Source: a virus. From it: a DNA stretch of 64,000 bases. The translations under genes were made by a program, and so were the position numbers. The stretch spans positions 33,059-97,058 of the IMG/VR virus record IMGVR_UViG_3300037845_000036, one strand, 5' to 3'. The notes below the pieces were generated by a model, which did no database searches, was not told where the DNA came from, and was given only the letters and a program-made list of their open reading frames with translations. Below are positions 57,312-64,000 of the stretch, piece after piece (the stretch's first letter is position 1; the number at the start of each line of letters is the position of its first letter).

Positions 57312-57606
57312 AAAGGGACATTCGGGACATTTTTGAGCGTTTTCTATTCACGCTCTATAGGAATCACTCTTTTGTTCCCCACTAGTTCTAATTTAGGTGT
57401 TTTTTTTCAATATATCGATTCTTAGTAGAAAGATGTCCCTAATGTCTCTTTGGGCGTCGATATGCCGCTGTCGGTCAATGGGTTAACCCAAGGGACATCA
57501 CGAAAAATAATGTCCCTTGGGATGTCCCTAATGTCTCTTAGCAAAGGGACATCACAGGGACATCTTTTGGGGGGCAAATAATGTCCCTGTGCATAATGTC
57601 CCTTTG
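57312..57606. repeat. Iteron cluster, putative replication origin
   Basis: About 12 GGGACAT/ATGTCCC copies (including ATGTCTC variants) in both orientations in AT-rich non-coding DNA just downstream of the primase-helicase. Confidence 0.75.
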
Positions 57607-57665
57607 TTTTTAGGTCAGGTTGCATGACCTATAAATTCAGATTGTCGCAACAAAAATAGCAACGT

Positions 57666-60218
57666 TTAGAACGGAGGTTCATGTGTCGGTTGATTGACGC
57701 CCTCTGTTGTATGACCTGATCCGAGGGTGCCGCCAAACGGTTGCGTAAGGCGAGCGGCATCAATGTATGACAGACCGTCTTCGGTTAAGCGAATGCCGGC
57801 CGTGAGGCGAGCACCGTTGCTTTTTCCTGGCTTGGACGATGGGCAACGGCGTTTGAGTACTGCGAGCAACGTGCGGCCTCCGGGTGGCTTGTTTTGTTTA
57901 TCCGCCTCGCCGAATTGCTGACGCCACCATTCGGTCATGCAGGCGACAAGATCGCGGTTGTCCACCTTGTATCGCTTATCGATGGCGACACACTCGGTTA
58001 TCCAATTTCCGATCGGTTGATTGATCTCGCGGAGTTCGTCGATTGCCGCAACCATGTTTATAGGCGGATCGAAGCGGCCTCGGGCGCGCAATCGTCGCCA
58101 GCCTTGCATGGCGAGGTTTAGGACACCGGCTAGTTCTTCTTCAATAACGATCTGGTCGATCTCGCGCAGTTGCGGATCGGTGTTGGCGGCATCTTCGGGC
58201 CACTCACGATTGAGCGGAAATATCAGCATCCTGTTGTAAACAGCTTCGGAATCATCACGGATCTTGGGGAGACTGTTGCCGGTCCAGATAACGGGAATGT
58301 CGAGACCGGGATGCGAAACATAGGTGCCGCCAGCTATGCGAATTGAAATTGGTTCGCCGGTGACGATGACCTTAAAGCGCTCGGCCGATAAGGGTTTACT
58401 GGTCGAGCTTGCTTGCTCAATGACATCATCGGCGATCCATGCGGCGGCGTGAAGCAGTGGGGCCACGCCAAAGAGATCATCCAAATCGGTTGCTTTAATC
58501 GAGGCGCAACGCGCGGGTCCGCCAAATAGGGCGCGGTAAATGTTGGCGATGCGGGTTTTACCGCTGCGAGATTTGCCGAGGAAGAATAGTGCCTTGCGAA
58601 GATTGCGTGGTTTACCGGATACGAGTGATGCGCCCATGTGCTCGGTGAGGCAGTCGATTGCGGCTTGCATCTCGTTGTCGTTCATGCCGTCAAGGGCGGA
58701 TTTGAGGAACGCAATGAATTGCGGGCAGGCTGCGGTTGGATCGTAGGCGCAATTGATGCGCCAGGTTGCATATAGCTCGGGGTTAATGGTGGATGTCTCG
58801 CCAGTTGCCGGATTGATGACGCAATCATTGCAGACAACTAACCCGCTTTTATCCCATGGCACGGATTCGCGGTGTAGGCGCGGGCGTTCTTTGATATATC
58901 GCCATATCGAATTGAGTACTGATGAAGTCGGTTTTACCGATAGCGTTGCGGCTATGCCTTGAATGGCAACGCGAAGGCGGTGCTCGACTTCTTCGTTAAA
59001 TAATTCCCAAATACCTGATGGAGCATTATATGTTGCCATTGTTTCGCCGGTTGATATCAATGTGCCGTGGTTTTGCTCCCAATAGGTAATTGTTGATTCT
59101 CCGACCGATATGATTGGTTCTGGTCCGTCGTCTTTTTTTTTCTTTTGATGTGCTTCCTCGCGTTTGGTGACGAGGTTAACTACAGTTGCGCCATTGCCGC
59201 TGTTATTAGCTGATTGCGGAGGTTTTTGTTCTTCGCGTGGTTTGGTAAATTTTGTATGAGCGCTCGCCACCATGGCGCGGATTGAGGCTTCCTCGCGTTT
59301 CCAATTCCAGTTATCGACATATTGACCGGCTGCGGCTCGGGTTGCGGCCATGATAGAATCGACAATTTTTTGGTCTTCCTCGCCTTGGGCAACAAGCGAG
59401 GCGGACACTGATAGTTGCGTTTGATGGATACCTGTATCGCCATTGCCAAGGTATTGCATCGCGGCAAGCCGCTGTTCGGTGTCGATGGCTGGCTTGAACG
59501 ACAGCAGGCGAGCGGCGGCGAGGTAGGGATTGTTGTCGTGTGGCTTGGCGTGACCATTGGTTAGCGGTGCGATCAGGACGGGTCGCTGTCGGTCGAGCAT
59601 TTCGACGATATCGTTAAATTCGATGGCGACATTTGATCCGCCAACGATATGGGCGAGTTGTGGCTGTTCTAAATCAGTTTTGGTGTTGTGTGTGCCAGGC
59701 AGGCGCATGATGCGCGCGAGGTCGCACACAGAAAGATCGCCCGCGAGGATGCCAGCGAGTTGTTTTAGGACATCGACGATCTGCTCATCGCGATCGGTTT
59801 TGCGGATATCGATTGGTTCGCGCAATAGCCAATAGCAATGAATGCCGCCACCGCTATCGACGATGATTGATGGCGGATATTCAATTTGATTAGAGGCGGC
59901 ATCAATTGCTTGTTCTTTGGTGATGTTAAGTTTGTAGGTATCAATATCAACCCATAGTGCCGGAAGCTCGCAGCAATGGGCGCGGTCGCCTTTGCCGAAA
60001 CCCGGTTGACGTGTGGCGACGCCAAAATAAACTGCGCGGCCAATATCGTCCCATTTTACGCAATGATCGCTGACAAGCTTTGCTTGGCGCGTGAATAAAG
60101 GTCGAGCGGCGCCTTCATCTTTGACGTTTGGCAACGCTCGGATTTCGACAGCTTCGGTTGTGTGTTCAAAGAAGCGGGCGAGGAAATCACAGGATTCTGA
60201 GTAGTCAAAATCGCGCAA
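57666..60218 (-). CDS. Primase (RepB/AEP-like) fused to D5/P4-type SF3 helicase
   Basis: LWVDID, SGGGIHCYW, RIMRLPGTHN; YDPTAACP, GKSRSGKT, NSLP..DDSEAVYNRMLIFP. Confidence 0.88.
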   Translation of the reverse strand: MRDFDYSESCDFLARFFEHTTEAVEIRALPNVKDEGAARPLFTRQAKLVSDHCVKWDDIGRAVYFGVATRQPGFGKGDRAHCCELPALWVDIDTYKLNITKEQAIDAASNQIEYPPSIIVDSGGGIHCYWLLREPIDIRKTDRDEQIVDVLKQLAGILAGDLSVCDLARIMRLPGTHNTKTDLEQPQLAHIVGGSNVAIEFNDIVEMLDRQRPVLIAPLTNGHAKPHDNNPYLAAARLLSFKPAIDTEQRLAAMQYLGNGDTGIHQTQLSVSASLVAQGEEDQKIVDSIMAATRAAAGQYVDNWNWKREEASIRAMVASAHTKFTKPREEQKPPQSANNSGNGATVVNLVTKREEAHQKKKKDDGPEPIISVGESTITYWEQNHGTLISTGETMATYNAPSGIWELFNEEVEHRLRVAIQGIAATLSVKPTSSVLNSIWRYIKERPRLHRESVPWDKSGLVVCNDCVINPATGETSTINPELYATWRINCAYDPTAACPQFIAFLKSALDGMNDNEMQAAIDCLTEHMGASLVSGKPRNLRKALFFLGKSRSGKTRIANIYRALFGGPARCASIKATDLDDLFGVAPLLHAAAWIADDVIEQASSTSKPLSAERFKVIVTGEPISIRIAGGTYVSHPGLDIPVIWTGNSLPKIRDDSEAVYNRMLIFPLNREWPEDAANTDPQLREIDQIVIEEELAGVLNLAMQGWRRLRARGRFDPPINMVAAIDELREINQPIGNWITECVAIDKRYKVDNRDLVACMTEWWRQQFGEADKQNKPPGGRTLLAVLKRRCPSSKPGKSNGARLTAGIRLTEDGLSYIDAARLTQPFGGTLGSGHTTEGVNQPTHEPPF

Positions 60219-60257
60219 TTCCCTCCCCCCAAGTTTTTGGTTTGATGTTTGGTTTAG

Positions 60258-60962
60258 TTAAAAGGGGATGTCGTCGTCGAGATCTCGCTGTGTTGCGATT
60301 GATGAAGGTGCACCAGCGCCGGCTTTGCTGCCACGTCCGCCGCTTTTTGGCGGTTCTATTGCGGCTTGTGGTGTGGTGGTTGGGTTATCCGAAGATGTCC
60401 AGCCCACGACATTGAAAACGGGAAAGTAGGTTTTCCCGTAGGTCTGGTGCATGTAGAAGTCTTTTTGCAATTCGACGATCGGCAGCATGTTAGGGCGTTG
60501 GCGATATTCGCGCCCATAGACTTGGCAGAGCCGACCGATTGCGTTTAACCCGCCCTTTGAACTGGTGCCGTAGATGTAGACTTCGGCATCATCCGTCGAT
60601 AGCTGCAGGGCGTTGGTAAACCGCCACGGGTCGCGCGGTTTTCCTGTCGCGGAATCGATATCCCATAGGGTTTCATCGAGGTCGCCGAGTTCCTCGCGGC
60701 GCAACCGTATGGTCTGCGTCGTAAGCAATTCCATGCGATCATCGGTGACTTGTTTGTTTTGCCAGCGCAGCCAGCCGATTTTGAGACCGGGAAGATTTGC
60801 GATCAGCTTTGTACCAAGACTCAAGCTATCGCCGTCTTTTCCATAAAGCCATTCGCCGGTCTTGAAAGACAAGAACGTTCCTTCCTGTTGCACGACTTTG
60901 GCTGCATAAGCGGAATAGGGATCATCGCCGCCGCCGCCGGTAGGTGTGAGATCGTTTGCCAT
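60258..60962 (-). CDS. ssDNA-binding/recombination protein
   Basis: LSFKTGEW, DPW, SSKGG, PIVEL..YMHQTYG...P.F.VVGW; acidic DLDDDIPF tail. Confidence 0.7.
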   Translation of the reverse strand: MANDLTPTGGGGDDPYSAYAAKVVQQEGTFLSFKTGEWLYGKDGDSLSLGTKLIANLPGLKIGWLRWQNKQVTDDRMELLTTQTIRLRREELGDLDETLWDIDSATGKPRDPWRFTNALQLSTDDAEVYIYGTSSKGGLNAIGRLCQVYGREYRQRPNMLPIVELQKDFYMHQTYGKTYFPVFNVVGWTSSDNPTTTPQAAIEPPKSGGRGSKAGAGAPSSIATQRDLDDDIPF

Positions 60963-60989
60963 GTTTTCCTGTTTCCTTTTCCTTGGTTT

Positions 60990-62027
60990 TCACTTGATGG
61001 TAAGTCGGGCGCCGGGTTCGCCGACTTTTCGATATGGATCAAGATCGAGGCCGGCAGCCTCGGCAGATTTGATATCTACGGTTTCTCGCCCTTTTGTCGG
61101 TTGCCAGGCGATTGACCATCCGTCACCATTGACCCTGCGCACTCCATTAGCGCGCAGGAACTCCGTTATAGCAAATTTGGCTTTGGCGTGTTCTGCTTCG
61201 TCAGTGTCGCATTGTTCAGCAAGATCGCGTTCAGCATCACGTAACGCCTTGAATTCAGCCATAACATTATCGCCAAGCGGTTTTTCGTCTTTTGGAATGC
61301 CGGCGACGGTTGCGGCTTGGCAATGTGAAGACCATGGGCAGTAATTGCATTCGGCACCGCCTGCAATCTTACCTTCAGGTGGTAAATCGAGTGCGTTCAT
61401 AGTATTCATGATCTGACGCGAGCGCTCTTGCGCGGCAGTGTAAATAGACGGATCAAAAGTAACGGGAAATTCTTTGATTTCATCAAGGAATGACGAGTCT
61501 ATGTAACTGATTATTGCATAATCCGGTTTATAGCTGGTATGTGCGCGCAGGAGACCTAGTTGTACAATTACCTGAAATTTATGGTGACTGCGTTCTATTC
61601 TGAGATCGGCGCGCGGATCGATGCTTTTGCATTCGATGGCGAGGCAACGGGAAGGACCGATGTCAGCGATGCCGAGGTGGGCGAGGCAATCGTGCGGTAA
61701 TCCGGTTAAGACACCATCTGGTGTTGCCGAGAGATAGCCGTCAACGATGGTCTGCTGGTCTACGCCGGCTAGTACTAGGGTGATCTCGCGCGGCAGTGCG
61801 GCGCGCAATCCGGGTGTCCAATAATAATCTTCGATGAGATTGCCGCGCAATCGTGCGCCATAGCGATCTTGATAATCGGGATCGGGCGGCGTGTCGTTTT
61901 TGGCGAACCATGTTTTGCGCAGACACGCGCCGATTTCGGATGCGCCTATGGTATTGGCGCGATCGTGGGCGAATTCTCGATTGAGGGTAGAAGCATACTG
62001 ATGCAACAGGGAGCGAATTGATAACAC
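60990..62027 (-). CDS. PD-(D/E)XK exonuclease (Cas4/YqaJ-like)
   Basis: IGASEIGACLRK, SATPDG, IECKS, QVIVQ, CNYCPWSSHC. Confidence 0.85.
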   Translation of the reverse strand: MLSIRSLLHQYASTLNREFAHDRANTIGASEIGACLRKTWFAKNDTPPDPDYQDRYGARLRGNLIEDYYWTPGLRAALPREITLVLAGVDQQTIVDGYLSATPDGVLTGLPHDCLAHLGIADIGPSRCLAIECKSIDPRADLRIERSHHKFQVIVQLGLLRAHTSYKPDYAIISYIDSSFLDEIKEFPVTFDPSIYTAAQERSRQIMNTMNALDLPPEGKIAGGAECNYCPWSSHCQAATVAGIPKDEKPLGDNVMAEFKALRDAERDLAEQCDTDEAEHAKAKFAITEFLRANGVRRVNGDGWSIAWQPTKGRETVDIKSAEAAGLDLDPYRKVGEPGARLTIK

Positions 62028-62196
62028 GCCGCGCGAACTCCTAGCCGCGCGAGATAAGCGAGAGGGGCAAATCCCGTGGTGCGCGGCGCCCGTAGATTAT
62101 CTCGGTGATCAGCCGAGATCGCCCCAAACGCTCGATAATATCCTACTAAATCGCGACACGGTGCCGCAAGGGGAACTTTAGCCGAGTGGTTGATTT

Positions 62197-62236
62197 GTGC
62201 GATTTGCATTGACCATCGACAGGTCGCGGCAATACG
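62197..62236 (+). promoter_or_regulatory. Putative promoter with GTGCGATTT motif upstream of the XRE gene
   Basis: GTGCGATTTGCA-TTGACC; -10 element weak. Confidence 0.5.
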
Positions 62237-62243
62237 CTGCGGT

Positions 62244-62519
62244 ATGACAGATGAAACCGGAACGATGGGGCAGCGCTTGCGTCAACTGCGGCAGGATCAC
62301 GGTCAGACCGTGCGCGGCGCGGCTGAGGCGATCGGGTGCGCGTTCAATCACCTATCAATGTTGGAGCGCGGCACTGCGGCTAATCCGTCGCTGCTGATGC
62401 TACAGGGAATCGCCCGCCATTATAGCGTTAGCGTCGCCTATCTCATTGGCGAGGATGGCATAAAAAATCGTTGGGCCGACCGTGCGATTTATGTTGACGA
62501 CATGAGCGAGCTTCCCTAA
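62244..62519 (+). CDS. XRE-family HTH regulator
   Basis: GQRLRQLR..TVRGAAEAIG...HLSMLERG..NPS...IARHYSVSVAYLI. Confidence 0.85.
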   Translation: MTDETGTMGQRLRQLRQDHGQTVRGAAEAIGCAFNHLSMLERGTAANPSLLMLQGIARHYSVSVAYLIGEDGIKNRWADRAIYVDDMSELP

Positions 62520-62522
62520 GAT
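62482..62522 (+). promoter_or_regulatory. Sigma70-like early promoter with GTGCGATTT motif
   Basis: GTGCGATTTATG-TTGACG-17-TAAGAT. Confidence 0.7.
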
Positions 62523-62548
62523 GGCGATATCAGAAAGGGAGAAGGCAG

Positions 62549-62929
62549 ATGACGAAACCAATCAACGGCGCGATTTATGATCAGCATCAGGCGGCATTCA
62601 CCAACGTTTCGGCCTTCGTGATCGCGAAGAACGGCGAGCGAGTAGCGACAATCGCGTTCAAGTTTCCGCGCGATGGCGCGGGTCGCCTTTATGCTTATGT
62701 TCATTGGCTCGGGTTGCCCATGGTTCGCGGATTCGCGAATGGGTATGGTTATGACAAGCGGTCGGCGGCGTGTTCTTCGGCCGCTGGGCGGATGATCGCT
62801 GGCAAAGAGGTCGCAGAAGCGGACCATATCTCTTTCCGCGCTTTTACGGGCGCGTTGAAAATGGATGACGGCAATTATTGGGATCGCCGCTTGCGCGACG
62901 CAGGCTTTGACGTTTGGCAGGCGGTTTGA
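62549..62929 (+). CDS. Early hypothetical protein
   Basis: GGGAG RBS; GYGYDKRSAA motif. Confidence 0.7.
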   Translation: MTKPINGAIYDQHQAAFTNVSAFVIAKNGERVATIAFKFPRDGAGRLYAYVHWLGLPMVRGFANGYGYDKRSAACSSAAGRMIAGKEVAEADHISFRAFTGALKMDDGNYWDRRLRDAGFDVWQAV

Positions 62930-62950
62930 CCGTTAACGCTCTTTAAAGGC
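62929..62950. promoter_or_regulatory. Dyad site ACCGTTAA-CGCTCT-TTAAAGGC
   Basis: Starts at the stop codon and abuts the next RBS. Confidence 0.6.
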
Positions 62951-62959
62951 AGGAGGAAA

Positions 62960-63184
62960 ATGATGAGAACATATAAATTTGAGGCCAAAAAGGACGAAGC
63001 TGGCCGTATCCAAAAGTTCAAAATCACCGAAGAATGGGGACCAGAACAGCGCCGCCATCGCAATGAAATTTGGGTTGAGGGGCGCGAGCATATTGAGGCG
63101 CTGATGTCAGCTCTAGTTGCTGACGAGGCACCTTCGGTTCGGGGGCGACTTGGGGATCTTGGCCCCTTGGAGATTACAAACTAA
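62960..63184 (+). CDS. Early hypothetical protein
   Basis: AGGAGG RBS. Confidence 0.65.
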   Translation: MMRTYKFEAKKDEAGRIQKFKITEEWGPEQRRHRNEIWVEGREHIEALMSALVADEAPSVRGRLGDLGPLEITN

Positions 63185-63205
63185 CCATTAACCTGAAATA
63201 ACGGC
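63184..63205. promoter_or_regulatory. Dyad site ACCATTAA-CCTGAA-ATAACGGC
   Basis: Same position relative to stop and RBS. Confidence 0.55.
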
Positions 63206-63214
63206 AGGAGGAGA

Positions 63215-63322
63215 ATGATGACCAAAGGTAAAAACAAGGCTTTCAAGCGACGGGCAGGTTCGGGCGGCTATGAAAACGGAGCTCAGGGGCGTATCGCTGA
63301 GGGGGCGAGAAATCGCACCTAA
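63215..63322 (+). CDS. 35-aa basic peptide
   Basis: AGGAGG RBS; MMTKGKNKAFKRRAGSGGYENGAQGRIAEGARNRT. Confidence 0.45.
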   Translation: MMTKGKNKAFKRRAGSGGYENGAQGRIAEGARNRT

Positions 63323-63343
63323 CCGTTAATCAACATTAAAGTA
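63322..63343. promoter_or_regulatory. Dyad site ACCGTTAA-TCAACA-TTAAAGTA
   Basis: Starts at the stop codon. Confidence 0.55.
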
Positions 63344-63389
63344 AACCCGTGCGCCTCGGCGGTATTCTGGGGCAGGAGTTTTCAAACCA

Positions 63390-64000
63390 ATGGTAAACCA
63401 TCCTAATCGTAATAAGCGCGCAAAGAAGACACAAGGGGCTGCGCAGAAAGTTACAGACGCCGAAACCGTAATCACCATTAAGGGATTTGATAACAATCTT
63501 CAGTGCCGAGGGTACCAATTCGAGATTGGTAAATCATATTTGCATGATGGCCCTGTTGTTATTTGCGAAAGCGGGTTCCATGGCATCGAGGGTCATCCGC
63601 TGCAAGTGCTGCGGTACTATCGCCCAGCCAAAAGCCGATATGCGATAACGACCCAAAGCGGCAGCCTTGTTCGGCATCCTGAAGACAGTAAGATTGCATC
63701 GGCACACATTACGATTGATGCCGAAATCGGATTGCCAGCGCTCATTGAGCGGGTCGTCAAATGGGTTTTTGATCGTGTAAAACCGGAAGCCAAAGCCGAC
63801 GAGCCGAATGGAGCCGCGACAGCATCGGGCGGCTCCGGAGCCGCGACAGCATCGGGCTACTCCGGGGCCGCGACAGCATCGGGCAACTACGGGGCCGCGA
63901 CAGCATCGGGCAACTCCGGAGCCGCGACAGCATCGGGCTACTCCGGGGCCGCGACAGCATCGGGCTACTCCGGGGCCGCGACAGCATCGGGCAACTCCGG
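63390..64000 (+). CDS. DUF7666-like phage protein with GAATASGxS repeats (partial, runs off window end)
   Basis: Manual translation: KGFDNNLQCRGYQFEIGKSY..ICESGFH..PLQVLRYY..DSKIASAHITIDAEIGL. Confidence 0.75.
   Translation, partial: MVNHPNRNKRAKKTQGAAQKVTDAETVITIKGFDNNLQCRGYQFEIGKSYLHDGPVVICESGFHGIEGHPLQVLRYYRPAKSRYAITTQSGSLVRHPEDSKIASAHITIDAEIGLPALIERVVKWVFDRVKPEAKADEPNGAATASGGSGAATASGYSGAATASGNYGAATASGNSGAATASGYSGAATASGYSGAATASGNS
63810..64000 (+). repeat. 27-bp tandem repeat GG(A/G)GCCGCGACAGCATCGGGC-NNC-T(C/A)C, about 7 copies
   Basis: Directly visible; encodes GAATASG(G/Y/N)(S/Y). Confidence 0.92.

Noticed and set aside
57422-57625. 67-aa minus-strand ORF
   Set aside because: Arises from iteron repeats
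60990-62027. Cas4 as part of a CRISPR-Cas system
   Set aside because: No cas1/cas2 or array; sits in a phage recombination/replication operon
62060-62100. c-di-GMP-I riboswitch (GGGCAAA)
   Set aside because: The rest of the consensus (GAAA tetraloop, GACGCAAAG) is absent
63810-64000. CRISPR-like array
   Set aside because: No unique spacers; in-frame coding tandem repeat
1-64000. tRNA, tmRNA, integrase or att site
   Set aside because: None recognised by eye; lifestyle cannot be settled from this window

Overview
About 64 kb of a tailed dsDNA phage or prophage genome with a podovirus-like, P22/T7-style layout (portal, adaptor, nozzle, ejection proteins; no tape-measure or sheath gene seen). 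The host is probably an alphaproteobacterium (inference). Nearly all genes are on the minus strand. In transcription order (right to left): Cas4/YqaJ-like nuclease, SSB-like protein, primase-SF3 helicase, iteron origin; TerS; TerL with a Pro-initiated LAGLIDADG intein; portal; low-complexity internal proteins; GroES-like chaperone; scaffold; decoration protein; major capsid; HNH inserts; head/tail adaptors; fibre/spike genes; nozzle; two GNATs; two giant ejection proteins; a second fibre cluster; lysis genes. Two small plus-strand early operons lie at 56.2-57.2 kb and from 62.2 kb to the end. Main finding: about ten fibre/spike/appendage-type genes carry N-terminal Sec or Tat signal peptides, most are Ser/Thr-rich and have paired Cys, and an O-antigen-ligase/PglL-like oligosaccharyltransferase sits inside the morphogenesis operon. 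This suggests virion appendages are exported, oxidatively folded and glycosylated in the periplasm, then attached to particles at lysis. Other findings: a shared x-x-x-G-G-x-V motif across at least six internal proteins, a copy of a major-capsid segment inside an unrelated protein, a class-3-like intein with a degenerate WCT motif, CCGTTAA-N6-TTAA dyads placed right after stop codons, and several structured RNA or leader candidates. All family calls come from motif recognition by eye; no searches were run.
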